Positions 26,539-35,918 of a stretch of 64,000 bases of DNA are shown in pieces (the first letter of the stretch is position 1; every line of letters begins with the position of its first letter). The notes beneath the pieces are model-generated. The model was not told the DNA's origin, made no database searches, and was given only the letters and a program-made list of their open reading frames with translations. The DNA comes from a virus (lineage: Duplodnaviria > Caudoviricetes): the IMG/VR virus record IMGVR_UViG_3300043444_000183, positions 52 through 64,051 of that record; one strand, 5' to 3'. A program made the translations under genes and the position numbers.

Positions 26539-26738
26539 AGTCTTTCGATTATTGAATCAGTGATTATTCCGTTGATAAATGAAATGATGTCGTACTTATT
26601 ATCTTCAATGACTTGTTCTAAATAAGCTTTGAAGTCGTCTATATCAATTCTCATTTGATGTTCTTCGGATAGGTTGTTGACTATGCGTTGAACGTCATCA
26701 GCACTCCATTCGAATGCTACACTTTTAATTGTCTCCAT
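26535..26738 (-). CDS. Small acidic early protein
   Basis: ORF in early gene chain. Confidence 0.7.
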   Translation of the reverse strand: METIKSVAFEWSADDVQRIVNNLSEEHQMRIDIDDFKAYLEQVIEDNKYDIISFINGIITDSIIERL

Positions 26739-26740
26739 GG

Positions 26741-26956
26741 CTATATGTCTTGAATGTATACTTTAATTGATTGGTCAGGCTCCTGAACGTAGAAAGATTC
26801 GAATTCGTCGGTGTAGATGTCGGTGATTGACTCATGGTCAATGATTGACTGCCTAATCTCAGCGAATTTCTTATGGGCATCTTCGAACGTCTCGAAGTAA
26901 AAATGCTCGTTGTAGTCCATACAATCGAACGTGTGGTGAACTGCGAATTTTATCAT
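26741..26956 (-). CDS. Small acidic early protein
   Basis: ORF in early gene chain. Confidence 0.7.
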   Translation of the reverse strand: MIKFAVHHTFDCMDYNEHFYFETFEDAHKKFAEIRQSIIDHESITDIYTDEFESFYVQEPDQSIKVYIQDI

Positions 26957-27236
26957 GATTTCTAGTTATTTGATTGTCCATACTTCATCGCACTCGTAGC
27001 CGAACTTGGCTTCCATGTAGCTGATGTAATTGTCTAGGTGTGCTTGGCTTTGCACTTCTTTGCTGACATAGGTGACCTTGAGCCACCTATTGACGAACTT
27101 GATTTTGAATTTCATATTGACATGCCTGTGGCTTGGTTTGTAACTACTTTGTACAAGGCGAATGCTACTGCAATGCCTACTGAACTTGCCATGCAGATTT
27201 GGATGGCCTTTGCGATGATGAGTGCTAGTTTCATGA

Positions 27237-27431
27237 TTATTTTATTTGAGGGTTAAGTTTCCAAAAGTTGTCTGCGCTGAACGTTTGCTCGTCATATGTC
27301 ACAGTATATCCATTGTTGACATACTGTGTGCGATGCAATTTGTAGCGGATGTCTTGGCCACCGAAATGTTGTTGGTCTACCTTTACCAACGTCCCGTTGA
27401 TAAGTGCTTTGAATGTCTTTAAAGTTGTCAT
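27237..27431 (-). CDS. Small early protein
   Basis: ORF in early gene chain. Confidence 0.6.
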   Translation of the reverse strand: MTTLKTFKALINGTLVKVDQQHFGGQDIRYKLHRTQYVNNGYTVTYDEQTFSADNFWKLNPQIK

Positions 27432-27540
27432 CTGTATCTAAATGGGATTAATAACTTGCGTGTCTTAACTAACACGCCTTCCTGAAAGAAGCCGATGATT
27501 TCGTAACGGCCCTCGATTCTGATTACTCTAGTTTCCATGA

Positions 27541-27759
27541 TTATTTGTTTATTAATTCAATAAATGCCTGCTTTGCTGCTTTCTGTGTTGCGTAAATTTC
27601 ACTTTGAACTCCATTGTATATGAAGCTACATTCACGCCTGAAGCCACCAAGCATAACTCTTTTTGTTTTACTTCTAGGTGGGCATTCTACCCAAACATCT
27701 ATCCAAGTAGCTGTCTTATCGCAGTAGGTAATTGTTTCGTTTTTTATAACCGCTTTCAT
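27541..27759 (-). CDS. Small early protein
   Basis: ORF in early gene chain. Confidence 0.65.
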   Translation of the reverse strand: MKAVIKNETITYCDKTATWIDVWVECPPRSKTKRVMLGGFRRECSFIYNGVQSEIYATQKAAKQAFIELINK

Positions 27760-27764
27760 TATTT

Positions 27765-27932
27765 CTATTTTTTAAATACATTAAGACCAAGTACATCATC
27801 AATTTCTTTACTGAAGAATACTTCTTTATTGTTTTTTTTCTGAGCTTCTTTACTTTCTATTTGCTTACATAGGTCTAGCATTAATAGTCTGAAGTCTGCT
27901 TTGTCTTTTTTATTTGCTTTAGGCTTATTCAT
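27765..27932 (-). CDS. First early protein
   Basis: Probable start MNKPKAN after TAGAAATC. Confidence 0.6.
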   Translation of the reverse strand: MNKPKANKKDKADFRLLMLDLCKQIESKEAQKKNNKEVFFSKEIDDVLGLNVFKK

Positions 27933-27947
27933 GATTTCTAAGTTTAG

Positions 27948-28355
27948 TGGTGCAGTGAGTATCGCTCTCATTAATTAGTCATTCTAACTGCACCTAATGC
28001 TTGCACGTCACGTGAAACTACGTGCTCTCTTTTAGTCTATCAGGTATCACCATTTGGCCTGATAGTTTAACGTCGACCACCTGAGTAGTGTATCGAGCGC
28101 CCCGACGTAGCGGAGTCTTTATACTTACCGCATCGGCCTAGTGTGACTCACCTAGTTAGTTTATAGTCTTACCAATATGTCAATTAACTTCTTGTTTGAT
28201 GTAGCAGACCTACCTTTGAACCACTTTACCTCGGCGTGCTCCCCGAAGGGCGCTTAGTAAAGCTTTATCGTTTCGGTCACCCTGAGTATACTGATTCGTC
28301 ATCGTAACGCCTGAGGGCTTGCTAGTAAGAAGTGTTGTTGTTAGCTCGTTTGCTT
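27948..28355 (-). ncRNA. Highly structured early leader / candidate ncRNA
   Basis: Non-coding; many stems, a UUCG tetraloop, a boxA-like motif and a mini tRNA-like fold. Confidence 0.5.
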
Positions 28356-28359
28356 GATA

Positions 28360-28389
28360 CAAATATACGGCAAGTTTTTAAATGTGCAA
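28360..28389 (-). promoter_or_regulatory. Consensus Bacteroidota housekeeping promoter (major early promoter)
   Basis: TTG-N19-TATATTTG. Confidence 0.8.
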
Positions 28390-28896
28390 TACTTTTCTAC
28401 AATTATTTTCACTTTTCATGCTAATTTATAATCATTCTAAATAAGAGACATGTTTGTCTAGCGCCTAAATGCTTGATAAATAGATAGTTACGTACTATAT
28501 ATGCGCAGAATGCTAGCTAAATGTTTATTGTGTGTAATGGTTACGGGGTGTAACCCCTTCCCTTCAGGCGCGCAACTAACCGCGCAAACGAACGAACGAA
28601 CGGCCTTCAGGCGGGCAGATTGGATGGCCAATCGATTGGTCTCAAAGTCTATTCTATTTAACATAATGCAAATTATAAGACAAGCCTAGCAAACGTAACG
28701 ACAAACGGCATAGCGGCCTAGGGCACGTCTGTATTGGTTTCCATGACAAACGGGCAGCACCAACCAAAAGCCAAAAAGTTCGGCCGAAAAGTTCGAAAAG
28801 CAGACCCCCCACCCCGAAATGCAAACCGTTTTCCTTTCGCGCCGGCTCGCGTGGATTGGGGGTATTACCCGCTACTTCTATATATCTGATAATCCT

Positions 28897-28904
28897 TATA
28901 TTTG
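28897..28904 (+). promoter_or_regulatory. -7 box TATATTTG
   Basis: 4 nt before ATG 28909. Confidence 0.6.
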
Positions 28905-28908
28905 TACC

Positions 28909-29046
28909 ATGACAATCCTACTCGTACCTACTTTCGGCCTAGCGGTCGGTCTAGAGATCTTTCCGGCAGACGTTGACTACGAAGTGAATGAGTTGGTATT
29001 TAATATAGTAATTTTTAAAATCGTTATACAATGGCAAGAAAGATAG
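28909..29046 (+). CDS. Small hypothetical protein
   Basis: Start MTILLVP directly after the -7 box. Confidence 0.6.
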   Translation: MTILLVPTFGLAVGLEIFPADVDYEVNELVFNIVIFKIVIQWQER

Positions 29047-29786
29047 TCGACCCAAAGACGGGCGCAAGGGTAGCCGATCCAGAATTTGTTGGTGCTAAAC
29101 TTACAAGTGGATCAACAGGTTCAAGTTGGCCTGAAGTAAGATCACAATATCAAAAAGGTCTTCGTTCGGCTGAATTCAACAGAAGAGGTGTAGACCCTGA
29201 ATTGAAAAGCTACCTAACAGGCAAAACCAATAAACTCAGCGAGGATTTTGATGAGCCTATGATTTCAAGTGGTGGTGACGTTCGTTGGACAAAAACATTA
29301 AAGAATCCACCAAAGGCTGATTTTAATCCTACAATGGCTAAAATGCCGACCAAACGTCCTACAAAGATTGAAACAAACAAATCACTTAAGGGGCCACAAG
29401 CTAAAAAGACAGCTACACAGGGTTGGTTTGGTGATATCAATCCAAATACAGCGGGTACTTCTAACAAGCAGTTAAAGCAATTTGCTTCATATGCGTCTAA
29501 AACCAATCTTGGTGAGAGCTTTATTGCAAAGCCAAAGACAGCCATTAATGAATATAAGGGCGAGATGAAGTCTCAGCGCAAGCAGTATATCAAAGAAGGC
29601 AACAAAGCTGGTGTTAAAGCGACTACTGCTGACATTCGTCAGGCAAGAAGTGCTGCTAAGTTTACCGGATCGAATAATCCACTTGACGTTCCTGGCATGG
29701 CTACTGGCTACAGAGCTGCTCAAGACAACGCTGCCAACCGAAATACTATAAAGGCACAGGTCAGCAATCTAAAGAAGCTACGATAA
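29031..29786 (+). CDS. Basic hypothetical protein
   Basis: 251-aa ORF followed by a terminator. Confidence 0.8.
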   Translation: MARKIVDPKTGARVADPEFVGAKLTSGSTGSSWPEVRSQYQKGLRSAEFNRRGVDPELKSYLTGKTNKLSEDFDEPMISSGGDVRWTKTLKNPPKADFNPTMAKMPTKRPTKIETNKSLKGPQAKKTATQGWFGDINPNTAGTSNKQLKQFASYASKTNLGESFIAKPKTAINEYKGEMKSQRKQYIKEGNKAGVKATTADIRQARSAAKFTGSNNPLDVPGMATGYRAAQDNAANRNTIKAQVSNLKKLR

Positions 29787-29793
29787 ACAACTC

Positions 29794-29819
29794 AAACCCC
29801 TCCAAGTGAGGGGTTTTTT
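29794..29819 (+). terminator. Intrinsic terminator
   Basis: AAACCCCTC-CAAGT-GAGGGGTTT-TTT. Confidence 0.85.
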
Positions 29820-29877
29820 CATTATAATTAGACAAATACCATAAAATATACTATTTTTGTGGTATAAATCTAATAAA

Positions 29878-31446
29878 ATGGTAGTAAAACATGTTCATTT
29901 AGGCGATGAAGGTCGCAAAAAGCTCATTAAAGGCATCAAAACGATCGCTGGAGCAGTAAAAAGCACATTAGGTGCGCGAGGACGCACTGTTCTCATTGAA
30001 TCAGAGCATCATGTGGGTGGTATCACGGTCACAAAGGACGGTGTAACGGTCGCTAAGTCGATCAATCTATATGACCCGGTTGAGAACTTGGCTGTTATGA
30101 TGGTCAGACAGGCTGCTGAGAAGACAGCAACCGTTGCAGGTGATGGCACCACGACAAGTGTGGTCTTAGCTGAGGCTATTGTTGATGCAGCTGAGGAGGT
30201 ACTCTCTTCGGATGACAACGTCACTGAGGTAATTCGTGAGATTAATCAAATTACTGACAAGGTTGTCAGTAACCTAACCAAGCGATCAAAGAAGTTATCA
30301 GGCAAGAAGCTCCGCGATGTGGCTTCAATTAGTGCAAACAATGACACTGAGATTGGTGGTATGATCGCTGACGCGTTCAGTGAGGTCAAGATGGTGTCAG
30401 TTGAGAACAGTAAGGACCATAACACATACGTTGAGGTGATAAAGGGGATCAAGGCTGACCGTGGTTGGACTAGTCGTCACTTTATTACTGACTACAAGCG
30501 TCAAGAGGCTGTGTTGGACAACCCATACGTGTTGATCACTGACCAAGAGATCAGTAATTTGTTGAACATTGAGAGAATCCTACAGCACATTGTAGCGCAG
30601 AACAAGCCATTACTTATCATTGGTGAATTGAGCCCTGCTGCACTTAATACGCTGAATATCAACGTGGTCCAGGGTAAAATAAAGGCTTGTAACATCCTGC
30701 CTCCAAACTTCGGGTACCGTCAGAAAGACTTACTAGAGGATCTAGCAATCGCTTTGGACGGCACATACTTCAGTGAGGACACTGGTGATGACCTATCGCT
30801 TATTGACGTGACACACCTGGGTAGATGCGCCAAGGTAATCGTTGGTAAGGATAATACGATCTTTATGCCTTATGCTAGCTCTCAAGATAGCATAGACAAT
30901 AGAATCACCGATATCACCGAGACAATCTTCGAGAGCGTAAGCAAAGAAGAGACTGACTTCCGTAAGGAGAGAGCTGCCAACCTATCAGGTGGTGTTGCTG
31001 TCATCTATGTTGGAGCGTTAAGTGACATCGAGCAGAAGGAGAAGAAGGACCGCATTGACGACGCTGTGTGTGCTGTTGAGGCGGCCTTAGAGGAGGGTAT
31101 TCTCCCTGGTGGTGGTGTAGCATTGTTCAACGAGGCAACAGAGCTTGGACGCAGCGAAATCACTCCTGCATTAAATATTATGATCAAGGCTTTGAGAGCT
31201 CCAATGTGGCAGATCATCACAAACGCAGGTAAGGACGCATATAGTATCATGGATGGAATCATGCCAATCCCTAACGAGGGCTATGACGTGAAGGCTGAGC
31301 AGTACGTTGATATGATCAAGGCTGGTATTGTTGACCCAACGAAGGTGACAAAGAACGCCCTGTTAAACGCTGTGTCGGTCGCTACGACAATCTTAAGTAC
31401 AAACGCTATCATTACAAATATCAGAGCAGATGAGAGTACTAAATAA
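29878..31446 (+). CDS. groEL: Chaperonin GroEL
   Basis: TKDGVTVA, GDGTTT, GILPGGG, GIVDPTKV; probable start MVVKHV. Confidence 0.96.
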   Translation: MVVKHVHLGDEGRKKLIKGIKTIAGAVKSTLGARGRTVLIESEHHVGGITVTKDGVTVAKSINLYDPVENLAVMMVRQAAEKTATVAGDGTTTSVVLAEAIVDAAEEVLSSDDNVTEVIREINQITDKVVSNLTKRSKKLSGKKLRDVASISANNDTEIGGMIADAFSEVKMVSVENSKDHNTYVEVIKGIKADRGWTSRHFITDYKRQEAVLDNPYVLITDQEISNLLNIERILQHIVAQNKPLLIIGELSPAALNTLNINVVQGKIKACNILPPNFGYRQKDLLEDLAIALDGTYFSEDTGDDLSLIDVTHLGRCAKVIVGKDNTIFMPYASSQDSIDNRITDITETIFESVSKEETDFRKERAANLSGGVAVIYVGALSDIEQKEKKDRIDDAVCAVEAALEEGILPGGGVALFNEATELGRSEITPALNIMIKALRAPMWQIITNAGKDAYSIMDGIMPIPNEGYDVKAEQYVDMIKAGIVDPTKVTKNALLNAVSVATTILSTNAIITNIRADESTK

Positions 31447-31687
31447 ATACTTGCTTGCTCAGAAGATTTCTGAGCAAAAACAAACAAAGAGTGGTCTTCT
31501 ATTAACCGGTGAGGACTCAAGCGATATGCGTTACCACAAGGCGACTGTCTTTGACGTTGGTATTCAAGTGTCTGGAATTCAGTATGGCGACGTCATTCTG
31601 TACGACAAGGTGAACAGCCATGACGTGTTGATCAACGAAACTCGCTATGTAATTCTCCAGGAGAAGGACGTTGTTGTTGTTCTTTAA
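31430..31687 (+). CDS. groES: Co-chaperonin GroES
   Basis: TKSGLLL mobile loop, GDVILY; overlaps groEL. Confidence 0.88.
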   Translation: MRVLNKYLLAQKISEQKQTKSGLLLTGEDSSDMRYHKATVFDVGIQVSGIQYGDVILYDKVNSHDVLINETRYVILQEKDVVVVL

Positions 31688-32138
31688 GTCGGTCGTTAAA
31701 ATCTAGTATAGCTTTTGCTAATGTTTTTTGATGGAATGGGGCGTTCTTACGGAACGCCTTATTTCGTCTAGATGATGTCGGAATTGGCTCTAGGCCGGTC
31801 AGTTTCTTATAGATAGACGTCACCATCTTCTTAGCCTTAAATGACACCTCATACATATTGGTCTCACCGAACCCGCGCTTACGCCATATATAGACCCATT
31901 CCTCTCTTAGCAGCCTATCAAAGCGGTTGCGATCCCACAGCATGAAGTTTGCGTAGTCGGCAAAGTCTGCCCTTGTGAACAGTCTCTTTTTATGTAAGAA
32001 CAGGATCATCTCTAGGTCTGATCGACTGAGATTGTAATTAACTTGTGCCCATCGTCTGACGATCGCCCATTCTCCAAGGAAGTCATACGTCAACTCACGT
32101 CTTTCGTATGCCTTATCGCGTTTGATTATTCTTTTCAT
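31632..32138 (-). CDS. Winged-helix (MarR-like) putative regulator
   Basis: LSRSDLEMILFL...FDRLLREEWV...YEVSFKAK. Confidence 0.6.
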   Translation of the reverse strand: MKRIIKRDKAYERRELTYDFLGEWAIVRRWAQVNYNLSRSDLEMILFLHKKRLFTRADFADYANFMLWDRNRFDRLLREEWVYIWRKRGFGETNMYEVSFKAKKMVTSIYKKLTGLEPIPTSSRRNKAFRKNAPFHQKTLAKAILDFNDRLKEQQQRPSPGELHSEFR

Positions 32139-32156
32139 TATATTTGTACAAATATA
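32139..32156. promoter_or_regulatory. Palindromic bidirectional promoter
   Basis: Perfect 18-bp palindrome TATATTTGTACAAATATA giving a -7 box on both strands between divergent genes. Confidence 0.7.
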
Positions 32157-32162
32157 TTCATT

Positions 32163-32333
32163 ATGGGACTATATAGCAACATTCACGCAAAGAGAGAGCG
32201 AATTAAAGCTGGATCAGGAGAGAAGATGCGTAAACCAGGCGAGAAGGGAGCACCGACTGCTCAGAGCTTCAAAGAGGCCGCTAAAACAGCAAAAGATGGC
32301 AAAGGATCCAAGACTAGAAAGAGCGGGCGTTGA
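32163..32333 (+). CDS. Small basic phage protein
   Basis: GLYSNIHAKRERIKAGSGEKMRKPGEKGAPT. Confidence 0.8.
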   Translation: MGLYSNIHAKRERIKAGSGEKMRKPGEKGAPTAQSFKEAAKTAKDGKGSKTRKSGR

Positions 32334-32601
32334 TGGCTTTAACAAGCCCAAACGCACGCCTGGCCACGCTACTAAGAGCCACATTGTGGTTGCCAAGGAG
32401 GGTGATCAGGTGAAGACCATTCGCTTTGGTCAACAGGGTGTAAAAACCAATCAGACGGTTGGTCAGCGTGAGGCGTTTAAGAGTCGTCATGCAAAGAACA
32501 TTTCAAAAGGCAAGATGAGCGCTGCTTATTGGGCCGACAAGGTGAAGTGGAGTCCAAGTAAGACTGCATCACCTAGTGCTAAATGGAAAAAAGGGTCGTG
32601 A
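32296..32601 (+). CDS. Small basic phage protein
   Basis: NKPKRTP...IRFGQQG...FKSRH...SAAYWA. Confidence 0.85.
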   Translation: MAKDPRLERAGVDGFNKPKRTPGHATKSHIVVAKEGDQVKTIRFGQQGVKTNQTVGQREAFKSRHAKNISKGKMSAAYWADKVKWSPSKTASPSAKWKKGS

Positions 32602-33380
32602 TGGATTACAATAGCATAGCATTTAAGAACGCAGCAGTTGATCGCTTAAGCAAGATGACAACTGACCCTGCATTGATCACAAGGAATAGAGCCAAGGCTG
32701 CTCGTGACATGCGTAAGGATGTTATACCAATGCAGAACGCAGATGGAACTACATCTACTCATGTTATGGCAGGTGGTGAGGGTGGATCTGGTAAATTTAA
32801 ATATACCGTGAATCCAACTGTGTTCCCTAATGATGGTGGCAAGACATGGACTGACTTACGTGAGGATCCTTGGGGAGCTTATGATGAGGCGAGCAAAAGA
32901 GGCGAATTAATTGGATTCAAGTCTGAGCGTCGCGCTGAGAAGTTTGGCATGGGATCTTGGAAGAAAGGTCAAGCTGGTCGTGAGGCTATGCAGATGTACC
33001 GTGAAGAGAAGAAAGCAGGCAATCTTTATACTCAAAAGAAAAAGGTAGAGAATAAGATCGCCAATATCGACAATAATAAGCGATTAAATCGCGTTGTAGA
33101 CCGTCGTTACGAGCGAATGGATAAGAAGTATGACAGAGCAGCTAATAATCCAGCTAAGCTATCTAAATTAGACAAAAAATACGGCTACAATTACGAGGCC
33201 GCCAAGGCGGCCGGTATTCAGCCTGACGAGACAGGACATTGGGGATCTATCGGTAATGATGGTATGATTCTCAAGGGACCAAAGCATCCTTCAATGATTA
33301 AGACCAAAAAGGTTGAGGGGTTGTTGGGTAACAAGATTGTAAAGAGAAACGGCAACTTATATAGCGTTCCTAAAAAATGA
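32601..33380 (+). CDS. Hypothetical protein
   Basis: Long ORF; C-terminal PDETGHWGS...ILKGPKHPS. Confidence 0.75.
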   Translation: MDYNSIAFKNAAVDRLSKMTTDPALITRNRAKAARDMRKDVIPMQNADGTTSTHVMAGGEGGSGKFKYTVNPTVFPNDGGKTWTDLREDPWGAYDEASKRGELIGFKSERRAEKFGMGSWKKGQAGREAMQMYREEKKAGNLYTQKKKVENKIANIDNNKRLNRVVDRRYERMDKKYDRAANNPAKLSKLDKKYGYNYEAAKAAGIQPDETGHWGSIGNDGMILKGPKHPSMIKTKKVEGLLGNKIVKRNGNLYSVPKK

Positions 33381-33595
33381 TCATCCTAAAAAGACACAAA
33401 GGGTTAGGTGATACTGTAGCTGCTATTACTAAGGTCACCCGACTAGACCAGCTAGTCGGAGACGACTGCGGATGCAAAGAGAGACAAGAAGCGCTAAACG
33501 ATCCTAACCTACTGATAAACAAACTACTATATGGGACAAAGCAAGACATCGAAGTATTACGCGGCCAATCCGAAGGCAGCGGAGAAGAGGCGTGA
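33377..33595 (+). CDS. Small phage protein
   Basis: KGLGDTV...DCGCKERQEALN. Confidence 0.75.
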   Translation: MIILKRHKGLGDTVAAITKVTRLDQLVGDDCGCKERQEALNDPNLLINKLLYGTKQDIEVLRGQSEGSGEEA

Positions 33596-33791
33596 ATATC
33601 AGCGTGAGTTGAACGCTACTCCTGAGCGAAAGAGATACCGAGCTGAGCACAATGCTGCCCGTCGAGCCAACGGCATCGACGGCAAGGGTGGCCCAGACAT
33701 GAGTTCCACAAAAAGTGGTAAATTTGTAAAAGAAAACCCAAGTAAAAACAGAGCTCGAAACGGTGCAAACGGCAAGAGCGTAAAAAAATAA
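33531..33791 (+). CDS. Basic protein, possibly degenerate HNH-like
   Basis: DMSSTKSG...ENPSKNRARN. Confidence 0.6.
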   Translation: MGQSKTSKYYAANPKAAEKRREYQRELNATPERKRYRAEHNAARRANGIDGKGGPDMSSTKSGKFVKENPSKNRARNGANGKSVKK

Positions 33792-33794
33792 GAC

Positions 33795-34061
33795 ATGGCA
33801 TATCAAAAATTACAGGTACAACGTGCAGCTGTAGTAACTCCTAGTGACACTGTGAACATCCCATACGTTGGTGGCGATGGAACAACTCCATCATGGGCTT
33901 GCACTTTATATATTGGCACTGGTGGAAACCTTCGCGTATTGACTGAGGGTGGTGACGACATAACATTTGTTAATGTTTTGGGTGGAACTACACTTCCGGT
34001 TAACGTTGTAAGAGTATTTGCAACTAGCACAACAGCTTCAAATATTGTAGCTCTTTGGTAA
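33795..34061 (+). CDS. Head spike base protein (RcGTA Rcc01079-like)
   Basis: VTPSDT...LYIGTGGNLRV...LPVNVVRV..T.TTA..IVALW. Confidence 0.75.
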   Translation: MAYQKLQVQRAAVVTPSDTVNIPYVGGDGTTPSWACTLYIGTGGNLRVLTEGGDDITFVNVLGGTTLPVNVVRVFATSTTASNIVALW

Positions 34062-34062
34062 T

Positions 34063-34227
34063 ATGTGGATTTTTAATGCCATAGTAAATGCAATTGGGGC
34101 TACCTTCATTGGTGAGCCTGGTTATATTGTCAGATCGTTTGAAAATCGGGTGGCAGCTGATGGCGGTCGTTTTGAGGCTGAGTCATGTTTGATAAGCACG
34201 CTTAACTTTCTAAATAGCATTTCATGA
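34063..34227 (+). CDS. Small structural-module protein (54 aa)
   Basis: Translated by hand: ...FENRVAADGGRFEAESCL. Confidence 0.65.
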   Translation: MWIFNAIVNAIGATFIGEPGYIVRSFENRVAADGGRFEAESCLISTLNFLNSIS

Positions 34228-35918
34228 GTTTATTACAACAGGCTTCTTTAATCGTAACCCCCAATGCTTACAAAGAAGGCAAACTATATTCCGTTATTCC
34301 GTCCGATGGTTCAGGTGATTTATCGGTAACCCGAGCGACTACTGCAACGAGAGTGAACTCAGCTGGCTTGGTTGAGCTTGTGCCTTATAATTTAGTAGGT
34401 TACTCTGAGCAATTTGATAATTCGTATTGGATTAAGCAAAGTGTAAACATTACTTCAAACTCTATTGCCGCGCCAAACGGAACTTTAACGGCAGACACAT
34501 ATCAACCTACTTCTAATGATTCATACATTTTTCCAAACGCAAATTTAAATCTTTCTTTAGGTAGCTTTTCTGCTCAAATTTGGATAAAGGGTAGTCCTTC
34601 TTCAATTGGAAATACTGTACGTTTTTGGTTGTGGCACTTAACTAGCACAGGAAATACAGGTCTTACAACGGTAACCTTAACTGCGGATTGGCAGCTTGTA
34701 ACAATATCAGCATCAGTAACAGGAGCAGGAGACACACGATTGCGCATTGACACAACTAATCACACAAATCCATTTTACATTTGGGGTGTTCAGCTAAATG
34801 AAGGTACAATTGCAAAGCCATACCAACGTACTGAAACACGATTAAACATCCCACGTTTAGACTACTCAAATGGTAGTTGCCCAAGTTTGTTAGTAGAGCC
34901 GCAGAGGACTAATTTGGCTTTGTATAGTGAAGAATTGGACAATGCATATTGGACAAAAGTAAACGCAACGCTATCCGCAAATAGTGTAGTATCTCCTAGC
35001 GGCGTTCAAAACGCAGACCAAGTAACATTCACTTCAGGTGGATTTGTGCGATTCAATCAAACTCCTATAACACCACTTACCGCCTACACGATTTCAGCGT
35101 GGGTTAAAAAACCTGCAACAGGTGGGGCAAATTCAATCCGAATTACAACAAATAACACAGCAGCTTGGAACACGGGTATATCTCAAGAATATACTCTCAC
35201 AACTGAATGGCAAAGAATAGTTCTAAGCGGAAATATTATTTTAGCAGGTACGGGGGCTTATGTTATTATCGGTGGAGTAGATGCTACAGGCGCAACTGAT
35301 ACTGATGCTATTGGTATTGTTCACATTTGGGGAGCGCAGTTAGAATTAGGCGCATACGCTACATCTTATATTCCTACTACATCAGCTTCAGTAACACGAA
35401 ATTTAGATTCTATTTCTAAGACTGGTATTTCGTCTTTGCTTAACCCCAGTCAGGGAACTTTTTTCGTTGAGGCATCTACTTTACAAGGTACTGAAGAGAA
35501 AGCTATCCAATTATCCAACGGAAGTGATTTAAATGTTGTAATGCTTCACTATTACGGCGGTAATGAAGTTCGATGTACAGTAGTTGGTGGCGGTTCAACA
35601 TATTTGAGAATTGTAAGCATCAATGTAAACAATGTCAAAAAAATGGCGGTTTCTTGGAAATCAACAGGTGTATTTTTGTACATAAATGGTGTTCAATACT
35701 CAGTACCTTTAACCGCAGGAAGCGGAGGCGGTGTGCCATCTGTATTAGATAGATTGACATTTAGCTATTGGTGGGGTGGATTCCCATTCCTTACAAATAC
35801 TAAATCAGTGGCAGTATGGAAAACTGCTTTAACTGATAATCAATTGGAGATACTAACAGGTACTTCATTCGATACATATGCCGAAATGGCTTCATATTAT
35901 AACTATACTTTACAATGA
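34224..35918 (+). CDS. Head spike/fibre protein with carbohydrate-binding-like repeats (paralog 1)
   Basis: TRATTATRVN, PRLDY, LLVEPQRTN, WGAQLE..A..TSYIPT. Confidence 0.8.
   Translation: MSLLQQASLIVTPNAYKEGKLYSVIPSDGSGDLSVTRATTATRVNSAGLVELVPYNLVGYSEQFDNSYWIKQSVNITSNSIAAPNGTLTADTYQPTSNDSYIFPNANLNLSLGSFSAQIWIKGSPSSIGNTVRFWLWHLTSTGNTGLTTVTLTADWQLVTISASVTGAGDTRLRIDTTNHTNPFYIWGVQLNEGTIAKPYQRTETRLNIPRLDYSNGSCPSLLVEPQRTNLALYSEELDNAYWTKVNATLSANSVVSPSGVQNADQVTFTSGGFVRFNQTPITPLTAYTISAWVKKPATGGANSIRITTNNTAAWNTGISQEYTLTTEWQRIVLSGNIILAGTGAYVIIGGVDATGATDTDAIGIVHIWGAQLELGAYATSYIPTTSASVTRNLDSISKTGISSLLNPSQGTFFVEASTLQGTEEKAIQLSNGSDLNVVMLHYYGGNEVRCTVVGGGSTYLRIVSINVNNVKKMAVSWKSTGVFLYINGVQYSVPLTAGSGGGVPSVLDRLTFSYWWGGFPFLTNTKSVAVWKTALTDNQLEILTGTSFDTYAEMASYYNYTLQ

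Noticed and set aside
28268-28310. Hammerhead ribozyme (CGATGA...CGAAA on the minus strand)
   Set aside because: The core lacks CTGAnGA and the three stems cannot be formed
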